From Myxococcales bacterium (GTDB lineage Bacteria; Myxococcota_A; Bradymonadia; UBA7976; UBA1532), in the NCBI GenBank assembly GCA_009692505.1, contig SHZC01000003.1, positions 9,169 through 73,168 on the forward strand: 64,000 bases of DNA. The letters run 5' to 3'. Position 1 is the first letter of the stretch, and every line of letters starts with the position of its first letter. The position numbers were made by a program, and so were the translations under genes. The notes under the pieces are model-generated. The model had not been told where the DNA came from. It saw only the letters and a list, made by a program, of their open reading frames with translations, and ran no database searches. This document shows, piece after piece, positions 23,669-32,197 of this stretch.

Positions 23669-26251
23669 GTGAGCACCACCATCCAGAGCGCCGAGCTTCG
23701 GCAAGTCAGCGCCCAGGCCCGAGCGATCGCGCGGGAGACGACCCAGGTTTTGTCCTCGGCGCACGTCCTGCTCGCCTTGTTCACCGTGCCCAACCTCGCG
23801 GCGGCGATCCTCTTGGAGCGGGGCATCGACGAGCAGTATCTGCTCTCGCGGATCGAGAAGATCGAGCGCGAGCCCGACGACAGCATGCGGCAGCTCGCGA
23901 ACCGCGCCTCGCTGTTGGCCAAGGAGTATGGGGACCGGACCGTCAACCCCGTACACGTCCTGGCGGCCATGACGAGGATGGCGCGCTCTTTTGGGTGTCG
24001 GCTCATGGACCGCGCGAGCCTCGACCTCATGGAGCTGCGCCGCGCCTGCCTCGCCGTGATCGTCGAGGACGTGCCGAGCCACCTTGAGCGGCGAACGCCG
24101 ACCAGCGCGCTTCGAGCCGCCGCTGACGAGAGCCCGGGGGACACGGCCGAGATGCAGGCCTTGGACATGGAGTACGCGGTCGTCGAGGCGGCTCGGGACA
24201 CCGCGACGTTTACGGGCATGCGGACGGCGATCGTCGAGACCGGTGACCAGCGTGACCGTGGCCCCGATCGCCGGCGCGTCTCTGGCCGGCGAGCCATCGA
24301 CGAGAGTGACGGCGGGCCAAACGGCGAGACAAACGGCGAGCCAAGCGGCGAGTACAGCAGTGAAGCCTCGGCCGGCGCGGTCGCCTTCTCGAGCGGCTCC
24401 GGCCTGGAGAAGCTGCCGGAGTCGACGCCCACGCCCTTCATCCTGAATCGCGAGCGCTTCCGGTGGCTCAGCCAGCTCGGGCGCAACCTCAGCCACCTCG
24501 CCTATCTCGGCCGCCTCGATCCGGTCTTGGGTCGCGAGCGCGAGATCGAGCAGTGCGTCGACGTGCTCAATAAGCGTCGCAGCAATAACCCCTGCCTCGT
24601 CGGAGATCCGGGCGTGGGCAAAACCGCCGTCGCCGAGGGCGTGGCGCTCTCGCTCGTCTCCCAACAGCTCGCGCGCCACGAGAACGTTGAGACGCTGGTC
24701 CCCGACCGCGTGATCATCCAAATCGACGTCGGCTCCATCCTCGCCGGCACCCACCTCCGCGGCTCCCTCGCCGAGCGACTTCGGGGCTTGCAGGACGAGG
24801 TCAAACAGGCCGACGGCGCGGTCGTCGTCTTCATTGACGAGATCCACACGCTCGTCGGAGCGGGAGGCGGGGACGGCGCGCACGATGCGTCCAATGAGCT
24901 GAAGAGCGCGCTCGCCCGTGGGCAGTTCCCGTGCATCGGCGCGACGACGGTGGATGAGTACCGCAAGTACATCGAGGCCGATCCCGCGCTGGAGCGGCGC
25001 TTCACGCCGGTGCACATCGAGGAGCCCGACGTCGCGACCACGGTGCTGATCCTCAAGGGTGTGGTCGAGCGATACGCGGCCCACCATGGCGTGACCTATA
25101 CGGACGAGGCGGTCGACGCGGCCGTGCGTCTGGGGCGGCGATACCTTCATGAGCGGCGGGACCCCGACCGCGCGCTCGGCCTCCTCGATCTGGCCGGTGC
25201 CGTCGCCCGACGCGAGCGGCGTGTGGTCGACCGACGCGCCGTCGCCGAGGTCGTCTCTCGCGCCGCCCGAGTGCCCATCGACCACCTCGTCGTCGATGAG
25301 CCCCGGCGTTACCTCGACATGGAAAACGAGCTCGCGCGCCGGATCGTCGGGCAAGAGGCGGCGCTCGCAGCCCTCGGTCAGTCGATCCGCCGCAACCTCG
25401 CGGGGTTCTCGGGCAAGCGGCCCATCGGCTCATTCCTCTTCTTGGGACCGAGCGGCGTAGGCAAGACCGAGGTCGTCAAGGCGGTTGCCGAGTTCCTCTT
25501 CGGGCACGCCGACTCCGTGCTCCGCTTCGATATGAGCGAGTTCCTGGAGCAACACTCGGTCGCGCGGCTCATCGGCGCCCCACCGGGCTATGTCGGGCAC
25601 GGAGACGGCGGACAGCTCACGGAGGCGGTGCGCCGTCGCCCTTACCAGGTGGTGCTCTTCGACGAGATCGAGAAGGGCCACCGCGACGTCTGGAACCTCC
25701 TGCTTCAGCTCCTCGATGAAGGCCGCGTCACCGATGGCCGCGGGCGCACGGTCGACTTCTCCAACACCGTCGTCATCCTCACAAGCAACCTCGGGGCCGA
25801 CGTCTTCACGGGGGGCAACGAGCGACGCATCGGCTTTGGCGAGGCGGAAGGCCCCGGCGAGCACCAACGGCTCGAGGCCCGCGTGCTCGATCGCGCCCGG
25901 CGGACCTTCCCGCCCGAGCTCTGGAATCGCATCGAAGATCGCCTCGTCTTCCACCCGCTCAACGAGGCCCAGATCCGCGACATCGCCCGCCTCATCGCCG
26001 CCGAGCGTTCGGCCTTGCTCGCCTCGGAGCGGGGCATCACCTTCGAGCTAACCGACGCCGCCATCGGGCTCCTGCTCAAGCGGGGCGGCTTCGACCCGCA
26101 GCTCGGCGCCCGCCCGATGCGTCAGACCCTCTCCCGAGAGGTCGAGGCCCGCCTCGCCGAGCGCATCTTGTCCGGGGTCTTCACCCGGGGCGCGCACGTG
26201 ATCGTCGACGCCGACGGAGGTGAGCTCACGCTGACGGTGCCGACCGTCTGA
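23669..26251 (+). CDS. Clp/Hsp100-family double-AAA+ ATPase (ClpA/ClpC-like, no long M-domain)
   Basis: Clp_N-like repeat. D1 carries GDPGVGKTAVAEG and VVFIDEIHTLVGAG. D2 carries FLGPSGVGKTEVVKAVAE, VVLFDEIEKGH and the sensor ARPMRQ. The track start is TTG 23630. GTG 23669, preceded by GAGG, is an alternative start. An acidic, Gly/Ser-rich stretch of about 110 aa separates the N-domain from D1. Confidence 0.85.
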   Translation: MSTTIQSAELRQVSAQARAIARETTQVLSSAHVLLALFTVPNLAAAILLERGIDEQYLLSRIEKIEREPDDSMRQLANRASLLAKEYGDRTVNPVHVLAAMTRMARSFGCRLMDRASLDLMELRRACLAVIVEDVPSHLERRTPTSALRAAADESPGDTAEMQALDMEYAVVEAARDTATFTGMRTAIVETGDQRDRGPDRRRVSGRRAIDESDGGPNGETNGEPSGEYSSEASAGAVAFSSGSGLEKLPESTPTPFILNRERFRWLSQLGRNLSHLAYLGRLDPVLGREREIEQCVDVLNKRRSNNPCLVGDPGVGKTAVAEGVALSLVSQQLARHENVETLVPDRVIIQIDVGSILAGTHLRGSLAERLRGLQDEVKQADGAVVVFIDEIHTLVGAGGGDGAHDASNELKSALARGQFPCIGATTVDEYRKYIEADPALERRFTPVHIEEPDVATTVLILKGVVERYAAHHGVTYTDEAVDAAVRLGRRYLHERRDPDRALGLLDLAGAVARRERRVVDRRAVAEVVSRAARVPIDHLVVDEPRRYLDMENELARRIVGQEAALAALGQSIRRNLAGFSGKRPIGSFLFLGPSGVGKTEVVKAVAEFLFGHADSVLRFDMSEFLEQHSVARLIGAPPGYVGHGDGGQLTEAVRRRPYQVVLFDEIEKGHRDVWNLLLQLLDEGRVTDGRGRTVDFSNTVVILTSNLGADVFTGGNERRIGFGEAEGPGEHQRLEARVLDRARRTFPPELWNRIEDRLVFHPLNEAQIRDIARLIAAERSALLASERGITFELTDAAIGLLLKRGGFDPQLGARPMRQTLSREVEARLAERILSGVFTRGAHVIVDADGGELTLTVPTV

Positions 26252-26409
26252 GGTCGCCTGAGGCACAACGTCTGGAGCCGAGTCATGTCCGGCGGATTGC
26301 CGAGTACGGCAGCTCAACCTGAACGTTCGGCGCCGCATATTGTACTTCCGTTGAACGCGATCCGCAGCGTGTGAGCGGTGCTTGGGCCCGTAGTCTGGAA
26401 GCTGCTTGA

Positions 26410-26820
26410 GCGCGGGTTCTTTTCGATCAGGACACGCCCGCACCACTCCGCAAACATCTGACCGCTCATCATGTGGCCACAGCTTTTGAGCTTGGGTGGG
26501 GCAGGCTCATGAATGGGGAGTTGTTGAAGCGAGCCGAGGTGGGCGGATTTGACGATTTCATTACAACCGACCAGAACCTGAAATATCAGCAGAGCCTTGA
26601 GGGGCGAAAGATCGCGATTGTTGTCCTGACCACAACAAGCTGGCCTCGTATCGAGAAAGCGGTCGCTGCTGTCGTTAGCGCAGTGATTTCGGTTAATTCG
26701 GGCGATTACGTTGAGGCACATATTCCACGAGCGCGGCGAGCATGGCTTTCAAGCCGCCCTTCGGGTCGCTGCGCGTCGCTCGGCGGGTTAGCTCACGCTG
26801 AGAGCGTGCCGGCCGCCTAA
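26410..26820 (+). pseudogene. Start-less small PIN-like (DUF5615-type, tentative) reading frame in a lower-GC patch
   Basis: The frame is open from just after TGA 26407-26409. It reads ARVLFDQDTPAPLRKHLTAHHVATAFELGWGRLMNGELLKRAEVGGFDDFITTDQNLKYQQSLEGRKIAIVVLTTTSWPRIEKAV.... The family-like N-terminus (xxLFDQ) has no ATG/GTG/TTG. The first usable start (GTG 26473) would delete about 20 conserved residues. Confidence 0.4.
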
Positions 26821-26838
26821 GACCGGGGGCCCCAGCCC

Positions 26839-28167
26839 TCAGACAACCCTCAGCGAGCCCTCGAACCGCGAGAGCGTCTCATCGATGTGCGCGAGCATGG
26901 CCGCGTTGTAGGTCGGCGTGCAGCCCACGAAGAAGACCTCGGCGAGCACGCGCTGCGCCAGGGGGAAGTCGTCGGCGCGACCGAGGTGGGCGTACGCGGG
27001 GTGGGAGAGGATGTTCCCGGCGAAGTAGTTGCGCGTCTGGATCTTGTTCGCCTCGAGGAAGGCCACGAGGTGCTGCTTCAGGCTTTTGTCCGCACAGTGA
27101 ATCGGGACTCCGAACCAGCTGGTCTCGGCGCGTTCGTCTTCGACGATGACCCGCGCTTCGGGCACGTGTCGCTGGAACATCGCCTCAATCTTGGCCTTGT
27201 TCTCGCGCCGCAGCCGGTGGATCTCGTCCACCTTGCCCAACTGGACCAGGCCCACCGCGCCTTGCATATCGAGGGGCTTCAAGTTGTAGCCCATCTGCGT
27301 GAAGAGATATTTGTGATCAATGACGCAGTCGTCGTCAGGCAGCCATCGATCGAAGCGCTTGCCGCAAGTGCCGTTGGGCAGGAGGTTCGCCGGCCCCACG
27401 CAGTAGCAGTCGCGGCCCCACCAGGCCAGGCTGCGGGCGATGGTGACGACCTCCTCGAGGTTCGACGAGACCATGCCGCCTTCGCCCGTGCAGAGGTGAT
27501 GGGCGGGGTAGAACGAGCACGAGCTCGCGACGGCGTAGTCGGACAGCAACAGCCCGTCCCACTTGCTCCCCAGAGAGTCGCAGTCGTCGAGCACGAGCTG
27601 AAGGCCGCGCTCGGTGCACAACGCCTTTAGCCGTGTCATGTCCGGCGGGTTGCCGAGCACGGGTGAGACGAAGATTCCGCGCGTGCGAGGACCGATCGCC
27701 GCCTCGACCCCGTCCAGATCGAAGTTGAGATCCGACAGGCGAATGTCGACGAACTTCGGCACGAGCCCGTTCTGAACGAGGGGTGCGACGGTCGTGGGGA
27801 AGCCGACGACCGACAAGATGACCTCGTCCCCATCCTGCCAATCGAAGTGCCGTTTCAGGGCGGCCACCATCACCAGGTTTGCCGAGCTCCCGGAGTTCAC
27901 CATGACCGAGTGGCCCTGATTGAACCTCGAGGAGAACGCGCGCTCGAAGTGGTAGACGTGCTCGCCCGACGTCAGCCAGCGCCCGGTCAGGAGCGCCTCC
28001 ATCATCGCCGCGAGCTCCTCTTTGTCCCAGTAGGGCCCCGAGTAGTAGACCGCGTCGACACCCGGTCGAAAGTCTTGGGCATTGAGATTGTATAAGAAGC
28101 GGAACAGGCGGTGGTCCTGCCCAAGACGATCGAAGAAGCCGAACAACTCTTCCTTCACGGTCGACAT
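26839..28167 (-). CDS. rfbH: PMP-dependent CDP-4-keto-6-deoxyhexose 3-dehydrase (E1 / RfbH-DdhC-AscC type), DegT family
   Basis: SCSFYPAHHLCTGEGG has His in place of the DegT lysine, which is the E1 hallmark. WWGRDCYCVGPANLLPNGTCGKRF matches the Fe-S Cys cluster of E1. Start ATG 28167 (MSTVKEE...). The 168 aa upstream in the track ORF are an out-of-frame overlap with the SDR gene. Confidence 0.8.
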   Translation of the reverse strand: MSTVKEELFGFFDRLGQDHRLFRFLYNLNAQDFRPGVDAVYYSGPYWDKEELAAMMEALLTGRWLTSGEHVYHFERAFSSRFNQGHSVMVNSGSSANLVMVAALKRHFDWQDGDEVILSVVGFPTTVAPLVQNGLVPKFVDIRLSDLNFDLDGVEAAIGPRTRGIFVSPVLGNPPDMTRLKALCTERGLQLVLDDCDSLGSKWDGLLLSDYAVASSCSFYPAHHLCTGEGGMVSSNLEEVVTIARSLAWWGRDCYCVGPANLLPNGTCGKRFDRWLPDDDCVIDHKYLFTQMGYNLKPLDMQGAVGLVQLGKVDEIHRLRRENKAKIEAMFQRHVPEARVIVEDERAETSWFGVPIHCADKSLKQHLVAFLEANKIQTRNYFAGNILSHPAYAHLGRADDFPLAQRVLAEVFFVGCTPTYNAAMLAHIDETLSRFEGSLRVV

Positions 28168-28991
28168 ATTTCTCCCAAACCAGCTTCCAGAGAGATCCGA
28201 GGCTGAAACCCGAGCGCCTTGAGACGGGTCGTGTCCATGTAGAAGTCCTTGACCTGGACGAGCGCGTGAAAGGCCGGAGGCTCCATGGTCCCGATGTCGC
28301 TCGTCGAGCCGAGCAGCGTGGCCGCGCGCTCCATGAGCTGGCGAAAAACGATCCGCTCGCCGCTGCCGATGTTGGTGACCTGGTTCTTCGGCGCTTGCTC
28401 CGCGCAGAGCAAGAGCGCGCGCGCCACATCGTCGACGTGCAGGTAGTCCCGAAGAAAATCGCCATCGTGATAGAGCGAGATCGGACGGTGAGCCCTCAGC
28501 TCCCCGATGAGAAACTGGAGCGCGTTCTTCTGCTTGCCGACCCCCGTGTCGCCGGGCCCATAGACGTTGCAGACCCGGAGGATCCGGTAGTCGATGCCGA
28601 AGGTCCGGCAGTACGACTCGGTGAGCTGTTCGGCGCAGTGTTTGGTGATGGAGTAGAAGCCTCGAGGGTGGCACGGCGCGTCCTCACAAGCCGGGAGGGG
28701 CGTATCTCCGTAGACGAACCAGGACGACACGAAGTTGAAGGTCGAGCGTCCGGGTTTGAGGCTCTTGAGCACGTCGAGGAGCACGGTCAGGTTCGTATCC
28801 ACATCCCGATGCACGTCGTCGAAGACGTGATAGTTGTGGGTCGTGCTGATGAGATAGAGCACGTCGTCCGCGGTCGGAGTTCGGGAGGCGCGGTCAACCG
28901 GACGGACCTCGAAGCCAGCGAGCCCGCCCTCACGGACGACCGCGGATCCCACGAAGCCTGTCGCGCCGAAGACGGCGATCGGTCGCGTCAC
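28155..28991 (-). CDS. NAD-dependent sugar-nucleotide epimerase/reductase (extended SDR)
   Basis: GATGFVGSAV Rossmann motif, catalytic YSITK (YxxxK) and NVYGPGD. GTGA overlap with the upstream stop. Adjacent to the E1-type dehydrase, so a CDP-3,6-dideoxyhexose synthase-type role is possible (inference). Confidence 0.8.
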   Translation of the reverse strand: MTRPIAVFGATGFVGSAVVREGGLAGFEVRPVDRASRTPTADDVLYLISTTHNYHVFDDVHRDVDTNLTVLLDVLKSLKPGRSTFNFVSSWFVYGDTPLPACEDAPCHPRGFYSITKHCAEQLTESYCRTFGIDYRILRVCNVYGPGDTGVGKQKNALQFLIGELRAHRPISLYHDGDFLRDYLHVDDVARALLLCAEQAPKNQVTNIGSGERIVFRQLMERAATLLGSTSDIGTMEPPAFHALVQVKDFYMDTTRLKALGFQPRISLEAGLGEICRP

Positions 28992-30439
28992 TTTTCCTCC
29001 GAGGCGGTCGCTTCGGCGAGCAGCTCGTCGAGCCGCTGCTGGCGGGTCTCATCGTAGCCGAGCAGCTGCCCCGAGGCCCGGGCGAGCGCGGCATAAACCG
29101 GCAAGAGCGAAGGCGCGTGCTGCTTGAGCGCGAGCAGGTGGGCCGCGACGGCCTCGAGATCGAAGCGGGCGAACGGGCCGGTCATCGCCTGCGCCGGAGG
29201 CCAGCGAGACGCCTGCTCAAGCGTGCCGCGCATCAGGGGCAGGAGCAGAGCTCGGGCGTCCTCTTCGGAGAAGCCCAACGCCTGGAGCAGGGTACAGCCT
29301 CCGTGCAAGAGCGTCGTCGTGAAGTTGCCGGCGTAGACCGCGCTCGCGTGGTAGCTCGCCTTGCCGCCGTCGGGGATGTTTACGGCCCGCCCGCCGAGTG
29401 CTGCGACGAGCCTCGCGGCCATGTCAAGCGCCTTCGGGTCGCCCTCGGTCGCGAACGCCGCCCCGCGCAGGGCCGCCGCCGCTGTTTGGGGGTCCGAGAG
29501 GGACTGGAGCGGGTGCATGGAGCCGGTCGACGCGCCGCTCGCCGCGCAGGCCGACAGGACCTCGCGCCCGAGGCGAGCGGCCAGGTGGAGGACGACGGTC
29601 TGCGCGGTGACGAGCCCGGTCTCGGCGAGACGAGCTGAGGTCTCCCGGAGCGCACCGTCGGGGACCGCGATCAGGATCACGTCCGCGGAGAGCGGCGGGC
29701 GCGGGAGGTCGCCATCGCGTCTCGACCACTGGCCGACGACCGGCACCGAGGCTTCGCGGAGGGCAGCGGCGAGGCAGGAGGCCGCCCGACCGCGACCCAC
29801 GAGGAAGACGCTCGGCAGCGTCTCGCCCGCGCTTGTGTAATGGGTCCGGGCGAGCGAGAGCACGCCGCTCGGGAGCCACCTCGCGGCCTCCGCCTCATCG
29901 CTCGAAGAGAGGGCCGCACGCAGCGTGGTCGAGGAGACGTCGGGCAACGTCGGGCCCGTCGTGGCCCAGCGAGAGCCCTCCAAGCGAGCCAAGGCCGCTT
30001 CGTGTCCAGGCCGCCCGAGGACGTAGAGCGGCCAGCGCGCGACCAGGTCGTCGAAGCGATACCACCTCGACGCCTCCGTCAGGTTGTCGGCACCCACGAC
30101 CCAGGCAAAGTCGCGGTCGGCGTGGCGCGATGAGAGCAGCTCCAGCGTGTCGTAGGTCAAGCTCGGCCCTTCCCGCTCGACCTCGACGGTGTGGACAGAT
30201 ACGCGGCGTCGATCGAAGCCAGCGATGGCGACCTCGAGCATCTGCACGCGCGCCTCGAAGGGGGCCATCCGCTTGCCGAACGCGTGGACGGCCGTCGGCA
30301 CGAGCCAGACCTCATCGACCTGACCGAGCAGCCATGTCACGGTGAAGAGGTGCGCCCAGTGTGGGGGATCGAAGGCCCCGCCGTACAAGGCCACACGCCG
30401 CCGCGGCTGTCTGACCTCGACCTCAGGCGTGAGGCTCAC
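28988..30439 (-). CDS. nadD: Fusion: nicotinate-nucleotide adenylyltransferase (NadD) + Rossmann/DUF2520 domain
   Basis: N-terminal half: VALYGGAFDPPHWAHL (H/TxGH-type motif), GADNL and the ISSTxxR-like VSSTTLR. C-terminal half: VFLVGRGRAASCLAAAL, ILIAVPDGAL, GSMHPLQS and YHASAVYAGNF...TGPFARFD, typical of DUF2520 proteins. Confidence 0.75.
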   Translation of the reverse strand: MSLTPEVEVRQPRRRVALYGGAFDPPHWAHLFTVTWLLGQVDEVWLVPTAVHAFGKRMAPFEARVQMLEVAIAGFDRRRVSVHTVEVEREGPSLTYDTLELLSSRHADRDFAWVVGADNLTEASRWYRFDDLVARWPLYVLGRPGHEAALARLEGSRWATTGPTLPDVSSTTLRAALSSSDEAEAARWLPSGVLSLARTHYTSAGETLPSVFLVGRGRAASCLAAALREASVPVVGQWSRRDGDLPRPPLSADVILIAVPDGALRETSARLAETGLVTAQTVVLHLAARLGREVLSACAASGASTGSMHPLQSLSDPQTAAAALRGAAFATEGDPKALDMAARLVAALGGRAVNIPDGGKASYHASAVYAGNFTTTLLHGGCTLLQALGFSEEDARALLLPLMRGTLEQASRWPPAQAMTGPFARFDLEAVAAHLLALKQHAPSLLPVYAALARASGQLLGYDETRQQRLDELLAEATASEEK

Positions 30440-31011
30440 AACCGCTCGGCGCGCAACGTCTCGCCGGAGCCATCGACGAACCGGACCTCGAGCCCGCCGT
30501 CGACGAGCTCGACCTCAGCGCAGACGAGCCGCCCATCAGAGGTCAGGCCCGCGGGACGAAGGCGTGAACGGCCGCTGCCGGTCGATGGTCGATCAAGGCC
30601 GGGACCGGGCGCGGGCACGACGACCAAGTGCACCTCGGAGGACGCCTGTTGCTCGTCCAGAGCGACGGCGATTTGATACGGCCCGAGCTCCTCGATGTGG
30701 GCAGGGCCCTTGCCGATCCGGCGAACGGCGTTCATGAGCCGGGTCGTTCGAGCCCGCTCCTCGGGGCCACCGGGGTGCGCGCCGACGCCCTCCAGAACGG
30801 CGGCCAGCACGAAGTCTGGGTACTCCGGGGCGGTATAGGCGACCTCGACGGGGAACCGACGCTCACGACCGCGAAGCACAGCCGCGATCTCCCCACTCGC
30901 CGCACCGACCGGCACGATGTACGCCACGTTCCGGCGCTCCACGAGGCAGACGAGCAGCTCCTCGAGGCGCGCGGGCGTCGTACCCGCCGGGCCGACAAAC
31001 GCCAACTTCAT
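30436..31011 (-). CDS. Hypothetical protein
   Basis: About 191 aa from ATG 31011 (MKLAFVGPAG...), an ATGA overlap with the namZ stop. Its own stop overlaps the nadD GTG. No family recognised. Confidence 0.5.
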   Translation of the reverse strand: MKLAFVGPAGTTPARLEELLVCLVERRNVAYIVPVGAASGEIAAVLRGRERRFPVEVAYTAPEYPDFVLAAVLEGVGAHPGGPEERARTTRLMNAVRRIGKGPAHIEELGPYQIAVALDEQQASSEVHLVVVPAPGPGLDRPSTGSGRSRLRPAGLTSDGRLVCAEVELVDGGLEVRFVDGSGETLRAERL

Positions 31012-32183
31012 GAGTATCTCAAGAAAGGGCGTCTCTCGACGGCGAAGCGCTCGGCCTCGACCGCCCACCGACCGTAGATCGCCTCGACGTCGGCACCGGC
31101 GTCGATGGCCAACCTGGCCTCGTCCCCACCGAAGAGCAGGTCGATGGCGAGCCGGTCCTTGACGAACTCGTAGACCTCACTGCGCCAGCACAGGGCCGGT
31201 CCGTAGAGGCGGCGGATCGTCGCGAGCAGATGAAGTCCGACTCTCAGCGAGGGGAACCGCGTCCGGTCAATCACGTGCAAGGCCACCCCCCCGATGGCCC
31301 GACCGGCGAACTTGTGAAACGTGGGGCGGAAGTACAGCGGGCGAAAGAGCACGCCGGGTAACTCCAGCGCGTCCAACGCGCTCGACAGCTCGAAGGGATT
31401 GATGAAGTCGGCCCCGATCGTCTCGAACGGGCGGGTCGAGCCCCGGCCTTCGCTGAGGTTTGTGCCCTCGAGGAGGCACATGCCCGGGTAGACGACCGCC
31501 GTCTCCAGCGTGGGCATGTTCGGGGAGGGCTGCACCCAGGGCAGGCCCGTCTCATCGAAGAGGTGTTGCCTGGACCAACCCAACATCTCGACGACCGTGA
31601 GGCGCGCGCCGAAGCCCTCGCGATGGTCAAGCAGGCTGACGACCTCGCCGATGGTCAAGCCGTGACGGGTCGGGAGCGGCCAGAGCCCCACGAAGCTCAG
31701 GAAGTCCTTGCCCGTCAGGCCGCCCTCGACGACGACGCCGCCGAGTGGGTTCGGTCGGTCGAGCACGATGGCCTCGATGCCAGCCCGAGCCGCGGCGCGC
31801 ACACAGAGGGCGGCGGTATAGATATAGGTGTAGTACCGGCTGCCGATGTCCTGCAGATCGATGAGCAGGACGTCGAGGTCGGCGAGGTCTTCCGGTCGGG
31901 GCGCGAGGCTCTCCTCGTCGGCGCCGTAGAGGCTTCGAACGCTCGCCCCCGTCACGGGCTCCCGGGCGTCGTCGTCGACGTGGATCATGTCCTGCGCGTC
32001 GGCCCAGATGCCGTGCTCCGGACCGAAACACCGTACGATGTTGACGGCCGCTTCGCGACAGCGGTGCGTGATGTGAACGAGGTGCCGGTCCACGCTCGCC
32101 GGGTGACAGACCAGCCCCACACGGCGGCCCCGCAGCGAAGCGAAGCCCTCGGCCACCATCCGATCGAGTCCCGTGGCGACCAT
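31008..32183 (-). CDS. namZ: DUF1343 protein (exo-beta-N-acetylmuramidase NamZ family)
   Basis: RVGLVCHPASV, FGPEHG, DVLLIDLQDIGSRYYTYIYT, VLDRPNPLGG and PTRHGLTIGE. Confidence 0.8.
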   Translation of the reverse strand: MVATGLDRMVAEGFASLRGRRVGLVCHPASVDRHLVHITHRCREAAVNIVRCFGPEHGIWADAQDMIHVDDDAREPVTGASVRSLYGADEESLAPRPEDLADLDVLLIDLQDIGSRYYTYIYTAALCVRAAARAGIEAIVLDRPNPLGGVVVEGGLTGKDFLSFVGLWPLPTRHGLTIGEVVSLLDHREGFGARLTVVEMLGWSRQHLFDETGLPWVQPSPNMPTLETAVVYPGMCLLEGTNLSEGRGSTRPFETIGADFINPFELSSALDALELPGVLFRPLYFRPTFHKFAGRAIGGVALHVIDRTRFPSLRVGLHLLATIRRLYGPALCWRSEVYEFVKDRLAIDLLFGGDEARLAIDAGADVEAIYGRWAVEAERFAVERRPFLRYS

Positions 32184-32197
32184 GCTCGGCGGGGCGA

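Noticed and set aside
23447-25354. 635-aa minus-strand ORF
   Set aside because: It is antisense to the Clp ATPase gene and also overlaps the udk 5' end. The plus strand carries both Walker A/B sets.
26314-26721. 135-aa minus-strand ORF in the lower-GC patch
   Set aside because: It is antisense to the PIN-like frame. The Cys/Asn-rich sequence has no recognisable motif, and the plus-strand frame carries the only family-like signal.
26839-28674. Full 611-aa version of the rfbH-like ORF
   Set aside because: The first 168 codons overlap the SDR gene out of frame and are Arg/Pro-rich nonsense. The DegT/E1 homology starts at the internal ATG 28167, which was used instead.
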